Assembly: GCA_041659405.1 (NCBI GenBank)
Contig: JBAZYK010000003.1
Span: 127,651-159,650 of the forward strand
DNA: 32,000 nt
Origin: Candidatus Altimarinota bacterium
GTDB lineage: Bacteria; Patescibacteriota; Gracilibacteria; UBA1369
Direction: 5' to 3'
Shown piece after piece: positions 7,716 to 16,574 of this stretch. A program made the translations under genes and the position numbers. The stretch's first letter is position 1. Each line of letters begins with the position of its first letter. Under the pieces are notes generated by a model. That model was not told the origin of the DNA, did no database searches, and saw only the letters and a list, made by a program, of their open reading frames with translations.

Positions 7716-10700
7716 CTAAAACGCAAAGACCCTCACAATAATCTTGGCAGCTTCACCGCGGGTGAGGTTGTTGTTTGGCCCAAACAGGTTTAACGGGTTT
7801 CCCTGGCCGTCAACATATCCGGAGATAAAGCTGTGATCAACCGCAAACGAAATGTATCTATAATACCACGCTGTTGCAGAAACATCAGTAAAAGTTAGCG
7901 CGTTTCCATGAATTTCCTGATCGGCATAGATTGTTGCCAAGACGACTTTTAGGGCTTCTGCTCGAGTGATTTGGTTAAACGGCAGGAAGTAATTTTTGGA
8001 ACCGACCACAACTCCCAATGATTTTGCTTTAGAAACGGCTGCACTAAACCAATCGGTTGTGTGTACATCAAAGAATGGATTTTCGGTGGCTGCCGGCAGT
8101 GTTGGGAACTGGCACTGCATCACAATTTTCACCAATTCCGCTCTGGAAATTGTATCATTTGGTCGATATTCGTTAAGGAGATTCCCGTTTGCATCTTTAT
8201 ATCCTTGAACATCACATTTCTGCTGGAGTTTTTCGATATAGGTTTCAGCCCAATGGTTTTGGGTATCTGTGAAAAGTGCTTGCGCTACCGGTTGTGTTTG
8301 AGGTTGTTGCGCCGGTTGCGCTGGTTGATTATTCTGAGTTGGCTGAGTATTAAAAATAACGCCACTGCCGCCGGTGGTAATCGTGAATGAATTAATTCCA
8401 AGTGCCGTACCGGCATTTCCGGTTGCATCGGTAACAAGAATAGTACAGCCGGAATGAGTTCCAAGACTCATTGATTGAAATGTAATAGTATTGTCACCGG
8501 AAATTGCGCTGGTGGTTAAGCTTAAACAACTTCCTGAATATGTGATTGTTCCAGCTTCATCAGAACTGAATGTATAATTAGGAGTTGAGTCGATGGTTGA
8601 ACTTGGAACTGCGAGAACTTCGGCTAAAGTTGGGGCGGTATTATCGATTGTGAATGTGGATCCGCTTGTTGGAACGGCTGTGATAACATTTTCCGCGACA
8701 TCGGTTCCAATCGACATTGAAACAGTTGCAGTTGCAATGTTTCCAGCCGGTACATCCAAATCATACGTATATTCCGTGGTACTAACTTTTGTCATGGCTG
8801 TTGCCGACAAAACCGCATTATCAACTGCAATTTTAACTACAGGTGAGTCTGCCATTGGTTCATTAAATGTTGCTTTGATTATTAATGTATTAGCGTTTCT
8901 AACTGATTCTGTTGAGGCGTATGTAACCCCGGCATCTTTTGAATATGTAATCGCTGCGGTTGGCGCGGTTGTATCAAAAGTCACCGCTGTTCTGCTAACC
9001 GCTGTTGCGGCGTTTCCCGCGTCATCGGTTGCGTTGAATGCAAATGTATAGACGGCTCCGCTAACCAATCCGCTGGAATCACTCGTACATCCGTTTGTTG
9101 TATCCGAAAGATCCAAGTTCGCATGTGCTCCGGTATTTTTCGCTGTACCGACTAACGTACAGGTATGCGGAGCGCTGCCATCTGCCGTTCCTGAAGTTTG
9201 TGAAATTAAAATTGTTCCACTCGCGACTGCTTCGCTCAATGTATAACTCACATCGGATGAAGTGGTGACATTATTTATTGAAGTACTTGCGGTTGGGCTC
9301 ACGCTGCTGAATACCGGGATAATTGTATCGATTGTGTAATCGCTTGTGTCGGTAACGGTTGTTTGGTTTCCTGCGTTGTCTGTAACGGTCACGGTCACAT
9401 TGTTGGTTGCATCATCTTGGCTGTCCATGGCGCCGGATAGTGATGTTGTCCAAGTATCTGATGAATTACTTCCAACCAAAGCCGTATCGCCAGCTTTAAA
9501 GTTTGCCGCATTAAAACTCACGGAAGAAATCGTGTCCGTGTTATTGTCGCCGGTCGCAAGTGTATCGTCCCAGGTTGGCACTGCGGTATTTCCATTCTTA
9601 AACGCGCCGCCCGTTCCCGTTGCTCCCGTTACGGAAATATTTGCCGCGGTTAATGTGGGCGCGATATTATCAACCGTCGCATTGGTTGTATCCGCTGCCG
9701 TAGTTGCATTTCCCGCATCATCCGTCGCTGTCACGGAAACATTTCTGTTTGTAGTGTCGATTATGCCTGCAATAACAGGAAAAGTTGCCGTCCAGGTTCC
9801 ACTTGAATTGGTTGCAGCGACTGCCGCTCCTCCTCCAAATTGGCTAAAATCAACCGTAACGGTTGAAATTGTATCCGAGTTATTTTGTCCTCCAGCGGTA
9901 TTATTCCAGGTTGCCGTTACAGTATCGTTAATCTTATACGCGCCGCCCGTTCCACTTCCTCCGGAAATTGAAATATATGCATCGGTCACAGTTGGCGGCA
10001 AAGTATCCACCGCAAAAGCTGAAGAATACATGGTTGTTCCGGTTGCTGTTCCGTTGTTTGGCGTGATCCGCAGCCAAACGGTTAAATCATTCGTGTTGGG
10101 AATATCCGTAGCCGCGTTCCAGGCAAATGTAAGGGCAACGGAGCCATCGTTATTTGTATCAATTCCGGAAATGGTATTGGTGGAAATAGTCACACCATTT
10201 CCCTCTCCATTTTCAGAAGCGGATGCAATTGTGGCGTTAACCCAGGTCACATTGTTTGTGGAATATTCTACAGAAACAGATGTTGTGCCCAAACCCGCAT
10301 CAACAATTGTTGAAGTGGCGGTGACAAGAGACGCGGAAGTCTGCGAGGCATTTGGTTTACTGGCGACCGGAGCGGTGGTGGCGGGAATGGTGGTGGTGTT
10401 GAGAATAACTTTCACATGGCCCACAGGGGAAGCTGAATCTGCTCCGGCAATATCAGTTTTCCCATCTGCATTAAAATCACCTGTGACTAAAACCCAATTA
10501 CCTCCTGTTGTATAGTCTGTCTTCGCACCAAAGGTTCCGTCTCCTACACCTAATAGGACTGAATCTTTGCTACCACTAATTCCTACAACAAGATCGGTTT
10601 CTCCATCTGCATTAAAGTCGCCTGTAGCTGTTCCAAATGTATGAGCCCCTATAGCAGTATTTGCTGCCGCACCAAAAGTTCCATCTCCAGTGGGAGAACC

Positions 10701-11573
10701 TAAGAGAACTGAAATGTTATTATCAGCATAATTTGCCACAAAAAGATCGAGTATGCCATCTGCATTGAAGTAGCCTGCGGCCATAGAGATTGAATTACCT
10801 CCTGTAATGTAGTTTGCTGCCGCACCAAAAGTTCCAAGTCCCGTACCTAATAAGACTGAGACGCCACCGGCAGTACCTTTTGCATCAGCCAGGTCAAGAT
10901 TACCATCACCATTGAAGTCGCCCATAATCAAATATTGTGGACCAGTTCCCGCGGCATAGTTTGTTGCCGTACCAAAAGCTCCATTTCCATCACCTAATAA
11001 AACTGAAATGTTGTTCGTGCTAAAATTTACCACAGCTAAATCGAGCTTACCATCACCATCAAAGTCGCCTGCAACAGCCACCATTGGAGCAGTCCCTACA
11101 GGGTAATTTACTGCTGTATTGAATGTCCCATCTCCTCTACCCAACAAAATTGAGACATTGTTATCACTATAATTTGGCACAGCAAGATCAGTTTTGCCAT
11201 CACCATTAAAGTCACCTGCAACTGATGAAATTGGATTTGCTCCTACAGCGTATGGCACCGCCGCACCAAAAGTCCCATTTCCAATGGAAGAACCCAACAG
11301 AACTGACACAGTGTTACCATAAACATCTGCTATAGAAAAATCAAAAATACCATCTCCATTGAAATCACCTTTGGTTATTGAATACGAACCATCTCCTTCG
11401 TTATAACTCGCATCCGCAGCAAACGTCACCGCCGCATGCGCCGATTTTGTTGATAACCCTAAAAATCCTATCCCAATAAATAAAAAGGATAACGCAAAAA
11501 TCCCTAACTTTTTTAAATTTGTTCCAAAGTTATAGACTGAATTATTTTCCATTTGTTTTTTATTTTTTTGCAT
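7716..11573 (-). CDS. Secreted FG-GAP/VCBS-repeat, Ig-like and S-layer homology (SLH) domain surface protein
   Basis: 1285 aa: signal peptide (IFALSFLFIGIGFLGLSTKSAHAA), about seven GDFNGDGKxDLAVxNYxxNNxSVLLG repeats, Ig-like DTxxPTVTDAYISISG / ATDDAGNAATA modules, Pro/Gln linker, C-terminal SLH domains (FTDTQNHWAETYIEKL...TRGEAAKIIVRVFAF). Confidence 0.93.
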   Translation of the reverse strand: MQKNKKQMENNSVYNFGTNLKKLGIFALSFLFIGIGFLGLSTKSAHAAVTFAADASYNEGDGSYSITKGDFNGDGIFDFSIADVYGNTVSVLLGSSIGNGTFGAAVPYAVGANPISSVAGDFNGDGKTDLAVPNYSDNNVSILLGRGDGTFNTAVNYPVGTAPMVAVAGDFDGDGKLDLAVVNFSTNNISVLLGDGNGAFGTATNYAAGTGPQYLIMGDFNGDGNLDLADAKGTAGGVSVLLGTGLGTFGAAANYITGGNSISMAAGYFNADGILDLFVANYADNNISVLLGSPTGDGTFGAAANTAIGAHTFGTATGDFNADGETDLVVGISGSKDSVLLGVGDGTFGAKTDYTTGGNWVLVTGDFNADGKTDIAGADSASPVGHVKVILNTTTIPATTAPVASKPNASQTSASLVTATSTIVDAGLGTTSVSVEYSTNNVTWVNATIASASENGEGNGVTISTNTISGIDTNNDGSVALTFAWNAATDIPNTNDLTVWLRITPNNGTATGTTMYSSAFAVDTLPPTVTDAYISISGGSGTGGAYKINDTVTATWNNTAGGQNNSDTISTVTVDFSQFGGGAAVAATNSSGTWTATFPVIAGIIDTTNRNVSVTATDDAGNATTAADTTNATVDNIAPTLTAANISVTGATGTGGAFKNGNTAVPTWDDTLATGDNNTDTISSVSFNAANFKAGDTALVGSNSSDTWTTSLSGAMDSQDDATNNVTVTVTDNAGNQTTVTDTSDYTIDTIIPVFSSVSPTASTSINNVTTSSDVSYTLSEAVASGTILISQTSGTADGSAPHTCTLVGTAKNTGAHANLDLSDTTNGCTSDSSGLVSGAVYTFAFNATDDAGNAATAVSRTAVTFDTTAPTAAITYSKDAGVTYASTESVRNANTLIIKATFNEPMADSPVVKIAVDNAVLSATAMTKVSTTEYTYDLDVPAGNIATATVSMSIGTDVAENVITAVPTSGSTFTIDNTAPTLAEVLAVPSSTIDSTPNYTFSSDEAGTITYSGSCLSLTTSAISGDNTITFQSMSLGTHSGCTILVTDATGNAGTALGINSFTITTGGSGVIFNTQPTQNNQPAQPAQQPQTQPVAQALFTDTQNHWAETYIEKLQQKCDVQGYKDANGNLLNEYRPNDTISRAELVKIVMQCQFPTLPAATENPFFDVHTTDWFSAAVSKAKSLGVVVGSKNYFLPFNQITRAEALKVVLATIYADQEIHGNALTFTDVSATAWYYRYISFAVDHSFISGYVDGQGNPLNLFGPNNNLTRGEAAKIIVRVFAF
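7719..8282 (-). other. C-terminal SLH domain region of the 7716-11573 protein
   Basis: Encodes ALFTDTQNHWAETYIEKLQQKC...YRPNDTISRAELVKIVMQC...DVHTTDWFSAAVSKAKSLGVVVG...ITRAEALKVV...WYYRYISFAVDHSFISGY...LTRGEAAKIIVRVF. Confidence 0.85.
8958..9290. repeat. 333-bp direct repeat, copy 1 (identical to 22454-22786)
   Basis: Line-by-line comparison shows the two blocks are identical and gap-free at a constant offset of 13496 bp; both lie on the same strand inside surface-protein genes. Confidence 0.95.
10400..11395 (-). other. FG-GAP/VCBS (beta-propeller-like) repeat region of the 7716-11573 protein
   Basis: About seven tandem ~50-aa units with Ca-binding-like DxNxDGxxD motifs: GDFNGDGIFDF, GDFNGDGKTDL, GDFDGDGKLDL, GDFNGDGNLDL, GYFNADGILDL, GDFNADGETDL, GDFNADGKTDI. 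Boundaries approximate. Confidence 0.85.
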
Positions 11574-11659
11574 TGAAAAAACCTTACCTTTTATCTACTA
11601 AAAGACCAAAGAAAATATACACGAAAACGGCCCACAAAAACAACCCAAAAAGGTTGTTT

Positions 11660-13678
11660 TTACAATTTAAACTCCTCCCTAATCTGCTCGATTTCATCAC
11701 GAAGTTCTGCCGCTTTTTCGAATTCCATATTTTGTGAAGCCATGTCCATTTGCGCTCCCAGTTCCTCCAAAAAGCGTTTCATTTCTTCACGCGGGACTTT
11801 CTTTGGATCAATATGACGTTCACCTTTTGCCGCCCCTTTATTATGTTCCATCGCAATATCCTTAATCGCCTTCACAATTGTTTGCGGAGTAATTCCATGT
11901 TTTTTATTGTAATCCGATTGAATTTTTCTACGACGATTTGTCTCATCCATCGCCTTTTTCATGGCATCGGTTACATGGTGCGCATACATCACCACAAATC
12001 CGTTAATGTTACGGGCACAACGACCAATGGTTTGAATAAGTGCCGGCGCCGAGCGCAAAAAACCCTGTTTATCCGCATCCAAAATCGCAATAAAAGAAAC
12101 TTCCGGCAAATCCAAACCTTCACGCAATAAGTTAATACCGACCAAAACATCAAACTTCCCAAGACGTAAATCACGCAAAATTTCAATACGTTCCATGGTG
12201 TCGATATCCGAATGCAAATATTTCACTTTCACACCAACATCGGTCAAATATTCGGTCAGATCTTCCGATGAACGTTTGGTTAAAGTTGTAATCAGCACAC
12301 GCTCTTTTTTGGCGACGCGTTTTTGAATTTCATTGATCAAATCATCAATCTGATGTTCACTTGGACGAACCTCAACTTCCGGATCTATAAGCCCTGTTGG
12401 ACGAATAATTTGCTCAACAACATTGCCCCCGACTTTTTCCGAACTCAAACCAAAAACAAGCTCTTTTGCGCCCGCTTTTTTAAGTTCATATTGAGCCGGA
12501 GTCGCTGAAACATAAATCACCTGATTAATGGCCTCTTCAAATTCATCAAACTTTAGCGGACGATTATCATGCGCGGAAGGAAGACGGAAACCATAATCAA
12601 CCAAAGTCTGTTTGCGTGAATAATTTCCATTAAACATTCCCCCAACCTGCGGAATTGTCATGTGTGATTCATCAATAATCATCAAATAATCATCCGGAAA
12701 ATAATCCAATAAAGTGGCTGTAGGAGCGCCCGGAGCCCGTTTGCTAAAATAACGTGTATAGTTTTCAATTCCCGTTGTATAACCCGTTTCCAGCAAAATT
12801 TCCAAATCATATTCGGTGCGGGTTTTAATGCGTTCCGCTTCCAGCATTTTGCCCTGAGCCCTAAGCTCGTCATATCGAATCACCAAATCTTCACGAATTC
12901 GTGCAGCAGCAGCCTGAATTTTATCTTTACTGGTCACATCATGCTTGGCCGGAAATATTTTAACCGATTGCAGCTCCCGAATTTCTTCACCCGTAAACGA
13001 ATCGGCCTCACTGATGCGCTCAATCTCATCTCCAAAAAACTCCAAACGGAAAATCGTATCACGATCCGGTGGAAAAATTTCCACAGTATCGCCCAAAACA
13101 TGGAACATACCCTGTTTAAAATCCATCTGCGAACGGGAATATTGGATGTCACTAAGCTGTCTTAAAAGTTTGTCACGCTTGCGCTCGTCCCCCACCTTAA
13201 TTTCCATGGCGAATTTGGAGTAATCCTCAACATCACCCAAACCATAAATACATGATACCGAAGCCACAATCAAGACATCACGGCGCGTTAATAAATTCAC
13301 CGTAGCCGCATGACGAAATTTGTTAATTTCTTCATTGATGGACGCGTCTTTTTCAATATAAGTGTCCGTAGACGGCAAATACGCTTCCGGCTGATAATAA
13401 TCGTAATAAGAAACAAAGTAGCTGACCGCGTTATTCGGGAAAAATTCCTTAAACTCCGCGCAAAGCTGAGCCGCCAAAGTTTTGTTATGAGCAAGCACCA
13501 AAGTTGGCCTCTGCACCTGCTGAACCACGTTTGCAATAGTGAAAGTTTTCCCGGACCCCGTCACCCCAAGCAAAACCTGCTGCTTCTCCCCTTTTTCCAG
13601 ATTCTTGATCAAATAATCAATCGCTTGTGGCTGATCTCCGGTCGGCTTAAACGGTGAGACTAACTCAAATTTACTCAT
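11660..13678 (-). CDS. uvrB: UvrABC system protein B (excinuclease ABC subunit B)
   Basis: 672 aa: [86 protein letters not shown], and C-terminal UVR motif ([16 protein letters not shown]). Confidence 0.99.
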   Translation of the reverse strand: MSKFELVSPFKPTGDQPQAIDYLIKNLEKGEKQQVLLGVTGSGKTFTIANVVQQVQRPTLVLAHNKTLAAQLCAEFKEFFPNNAVSYFVSYYDYYQPEAYLPSTDTYIEKDASINEEINKFRHAATVNLLTRRDVLIVASVSCIYGLGDVEDYSKFAMEIKVGDERKRDKLLRQLSDIQYSRSQMDFKQGMFHVLGDTVEIFPPDRDTIFRLEFFGDEIERISEADSFTGEEIRELQSVKIFPAKHDVTSKDKIQAAAARIREDLVIRYDELRAQGKMLEAERIKTRTEYDLEILLETGYTTGIENYTRYFSKRAPGAPTATLLDYFPDDYLMIIDESHMTIPQVGGMFNGNYSRKQTLVDYGFRLPSAHDNRPLKFDEFEEAINQVIYVSATPAQYELKKAGAKELVFGLSSEKVGGNVVEQIIRPTGLIDPEVEVRPSEHQIDDLINEIQKRVAKKERVLITTLTKRSSEDLTEYLTDVGVKVKYLHSDIDTMERIEILRDLRLGKFDVLVGINLLREGLDLPEVSFIAILDADKQGFLRSAPALIQTIGRCARNINGFVVMYAHHVTDAMKKAMDETNRRRKIQSDYNKKHGITPQTIVKAIKDIAMEHNKGAAKGERHIDPKKVPREEMKRFLEELGAQMDMASQNMEFEKAAELRDEIEQIREEFKL

Positions 13679-13807
13679 GACAAAAAACTTAGCTAAATAA
13701 AACAGCTTTTTCAGGATAGCTGAGCTATTTTAGACATGTAACCAATAAAAAGCAAGAGCGGTAGCCTAAAATGGGTACTTCGGGATCATCCGCGGGGCCA
13801 TACCCGT

Positions 13808-14617
13808 TTATCCCACAGGTTTAAATGAATCCACCACATCCTGCATCACCCGATAAAGAAAATTATTTTTATACGGTTCAGAAACCATAATTTGCCCTGC
13901 CGATTTAAACATTGTCCCCAATCTAACCACCAGCCGCTCAGTAACTTCAAGCAACTGTTTATTATTCCAACCCCTTAATGCAATATTTGAAAAAAGAAAA
14001 CGAAATATTTCATCAGAATAAGATTTCATTTGTTTGAACAAATGCGGATGACGATATTCGGCAAGCTCAAGCGCTCCCTGCACCAAAGATTTTCGCGAAG
14101 ATTGCTCCGCCGCAAAATCAGCCTCCCAATCTCCAAGCCTTCCCCTAACTTCTGTCTGCACTCTTTCAACCCGATATATTGCTTCCAGGCTCTTTTCCGG
14201 CTCCGATTTATCTTGCCCCCTCGGAAACAAAATAGCTTCAAATTTTGCCATTACAGCATCTAAACGCGACCTCTTTCTTTGATGCTCTTCCTCAAAACCA
14301 TCTCCGTTAAAAAAATCCTGTAAAGAGGGAATTTGGCAGCCGGAAGCTATTTTTTGCAAAAAAGAAATCTCAAATTCTGCCAGCGGAGAGTCTGGATAAT
14401 GTTGAAAGTGATGTCGAATACCTGCAAATAATCGCTCTTCAACAGAACTTCTACTTTCCCCGGAAAAATCAATCCAAATCCGCGTTAACTCTTTCCACTC
14501 CTCAGAAAACAAAATTTCCGACATTGGTGCCAACAACTCTTCCGGCACAGCTGAAGTCGCAATTGGAGCCGCGGGCGCACCACTCAAAGCCATAATCCAA
14601 AAAATACGTATAAACAA
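13808..14617 (-). CDS. Hypothetical protein, possibly secreted
   Basis: 269-aa ORF with a hydrophobic N-terminus (MFIRIFWIMALSGAPAAPIATSA) that could be a weak signal peptide. No family recognised. Confidence 0.65.
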   Translation of the reverse strand: MFIRIFWIMALSGAPAAPIATSAVPEELLAPMSEILFSEEWKELTRIWIDFSGESRSSVEERLFAGIRHHFQHYPDSPLAEFEISFLQKIASGCQIPSLQDFFNGDGFEEEHQRKRSRLDAVMAKFEAILFPRGQDKSEPEKSLEAIYRVERVQTEVRGRLGDWEADFAAEQSSRKSLVQGALELAEYRHPHLFKQMKSYSDEIFRFLFSNIALRGWNNKQLLEVTERLVVRLGTMFKSAGQIMVSEPYKNNFLYRVMQDVVDSFKPVG

Positions 14618-14746
14618 AACCGTGATACCACAATCAAAGTCCCGCAGACAACCCTAAAACAAGATCTAAAGCCATAAACTTTCTATTTAAGTCCTTCTCG
14701 TATATACTGCATACGGTTTTCTTTATTATTTTACCTCACTACACCT

Positions 14747-14989
14747 ATGGTAAAACACAAACCAATGTGCTGGGTTGTCAGCCTTTTAGTTGTTGTCGGT
14801 GGTCTTAACTGGGGTCTTGTAGGCCTTGGCAGTCTAATGGGATCAGGAACAAACCTAAACGTTGTTAACCTTCTTTTGGGAAGTGTCCCAATGGTAGAAT
14901 CAATCGTTTACCTTCTAGTAGGTGTTGCAGCTCTATTAATGGGCTACATGTTCTTCACAGAAAAAACCTGCGCCTGCGAAAAAATGTAA
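14747..14989 (+). CDS. DUF378 family small membrane protein
   Basis: 80 aa: LLVVVGGLNWGLVGLGSL...VNLLLGSVPMVESIVYLLVGVAALLMGYMF matches the DUF378 pattern (GxLNWGLVG... YxLVGxA). Followed by a terminator-like hairpin. Confidence 0.88.
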   Translation: MVKHKPMCWVVSLLVVVGGLNWGLVGLGSLMGSGTNLNVVNLLLGSVPMVESIVYLLVGVAALLMGYMFFTEKTCACEKM

Positions 14990-15009
14990 TTTTAAAAATT
15001 GAAATCAAA

Positions 15010-15041
15010 AAGGGCTTCGCTACAAGCGGAGCTCTTTTTTT
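15010..15041 (+). terminator. Rho-independent terminator
   Basis: aagggcttcgct-acaa-gcggagctcttttttt: GC-rich stem with G-U wobbles, then a T run, 20 bp after the DUF378 stop. Confidence 0.75.
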
Positions 15042-15204
15042 ATGAAGATTTCAAACTATCCAAATAAGATTTCATTTCTGCCAAATTCTTAGTTTCTTTA
15101 ACCTTACGCCCTTTCTTTGCATCTTCGGAAGCCACCAAAACCGCATCCTCCTGTGCGAGAGTTAAGCCATTCGCAGTCAAAAGTTTAAGATGAATAGTAG
15201 CCAT
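15040..15204 (-). CDS. Small hypothetical protein (54 aa)
   Basis: ORF below the track length cutoff: MATIHLKLLTANGLTLAQEDAVLVASEDAKKGRKVKETKNLAEMKSYLDSLKSS*. Its ATG is 3 nt after the stop of the upstream 308-aa gene on the same strand, an operon-like arrangement. Confidence 0.55.
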   Translation of the reverse strand: MATIHLKLLTANGLTLAQEDAVLVASEDAKKGRKVKETKNLAEMKSYLDSLKSS

Positions 15205-15207
15205 AGA

Positions 15208-16134
15208 TTATGCATTTAAACAGGCAATCAAACAACCTCTAAGGTCTGCGTCCCGATTACTCATTTCTTCTGGAATTTCAAGCCCTTCTTCGCGCATTGC
15301 CCTAATGGGTTTTATCCATGCAAACACTGGAATACGATCATCACCACCCCTGGAAAGATAATCTCGAATTAGCGGAAATGCAGCAGCTCGGCCTAATGCA
15401 ACAATATCAGCTATAGCATCAGGATCCTCAGAGGCAAAGTAATTAGAGTTTGATTCCACAGCATCACAATGCTTTTCCCAACGCGTCACCGCGTCAGTGA
15501 ATTTAGTTTCAAGAGGTGTCATTTCAGCTAATTGCGCTGGATTTTGCCTAGCTAATTCCGCCAATATTTCATCTAATTCATTCGGGATTAATGAAGTTCT
15601 TCTAGGATCTAAAGGTTCGTAATGATCATCATTTTTATCAACCATCCAATTACGATAAGGATGATCCCACTGACAAGCTTCAGCAGTATTCCCCTGAGCA
15701 TCAAGCGTAAAGATTCTACATTGACCAAGCCCTTCCTCGGAAATATTTTGGACAATTCTATACCCTTCCACATCTGACACGCGACGAGCCATTTCAATAT
15801 CTTTAGGCAAATCGACAGTATCTCCCAACTCAGCAAAAAATTTTCCATCATTTCCCATACCTAAAGCTCTCACTTTTGCCCTAGTCCAATTTCGCATTTC
15901 AAATTCCAAAAAATTTGCCGGCACAGCATATAAACGTGGATGAAAAGCCTCAGAAGTTTTTGGAATAAGTCGCTCCAAATATACATCATGTGCTCCACCA
16001 AAAAACTTTAAATCCACTGTTTCATGAACATTATCACCCAAAAGACGTTCTAAAATTTCCTTTCGCTTGGCAGCAATTTTAGGATCAGCTTCAATTGAAC
16101 TTTCTTGATGATCTCCCGTCTGAGCTTCCGTCAT
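15208..16134 (-). CDS. Hypothetical protein (308 aa)
   Basis: Long acidic, soluble-looking ORF without a competing ORF; no family recognised. Confidence 0.75.
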   Translation of the reverse strand: MTEAQTGDHQESSIEADPKIAAKRKEILERLLGDNVHETVDLKFFGGAHDVYLERLIPKTSEAFHPRLYAVPANFLEFEMRNWTRAKVRALGMGNDGKFFAELGDTVDLPKDIEMARRVSDVEGYRIVQNISEEGLGQCRIFTLDAQGNTAEACQWDHPYRNWMVDKNDDHYEPLDPRRTSLIPNELDEILAELARQNPAQLAEMTPLETKFTDAVTRWEKHCDAVESNSNYFASEDPDAIADIVALGRAAAFPLIRDYLSRGGDDRIPVFAWIKPIRAMREEGLEIPEEMSNRDADLRGCLIACLNA

Positions 16135-16452
16135 AAAATATAAATTTTAAAATAAACACCCAGAATCTAGCACCCAGTCCCCCTTAATGCAAACACAAGC
16201 CAAATTACCCCTCAAAAAAATTCCCAACAGCATCCTTACCAAAACCCATCCCCACGTTTTGCAATCTTTTTAACATCAAGTCAAATACACCGCAGCAGCA
16301 AGCCGAAATTACGTCCTTCGTCAACGAAGCCGCGAATACAAAAGAAATTTTTAAAAAAGCAAATTGCCACTCATGCATGGAATTTTATGGGGAAGCAAAC
16401 AGCTCTCCCAACCTAAACCCCAACAAATTTTTCTCGTTGCGCCCTGCGTCTG

Positions 16453-16574
16453 AAAATTCATTTAAATTGAGCAGATACAAGGCGAAAATAAAAAATCGAC
16501 CGCAGTGTATTTAGTTATACACGAGGATCGATTTTTTGTTTTCAACGAAGTAGATGCCAATTTAAATGAATTTT
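16453..16574. repeat. 122-bp interrupted palindrome, possible bidirectional terminator or MITE/ERIC-like element
   Basis: Outer 17-bp perfect arms AAAATTCATTTAAATTG / CAATTTAAATGAATTTT, 15-nt symmetric internal loop, 14/15 arms AAAATAAAAAATCGA / TCGATTTTTTGTTTT, inner GTGTAT / ATACAC, TTAGTT loop. Register is perfectly symmetric (start+end = 33027 at every level). Confidence 0.85.

Noticed and set aside
9346-10515. 389-aa ORF on the + strand (and 8593-9051, 22842-23390, 23469-23894)
   Set aside because: Entirely antisense to Thr/Ser/Asn-rich Ig-like modules of the surface-protein genes; the Val/Ala/Pro-rich translations reflect complementary codons. Antisense copies of the same homologous modules give similar ORFs.
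11750-13657. Multiple short ORFs antisense or out of frame to uvrB
   Set aside because: All overlap the unambiguous uvrB coding sequence and show no recognisable motifs.
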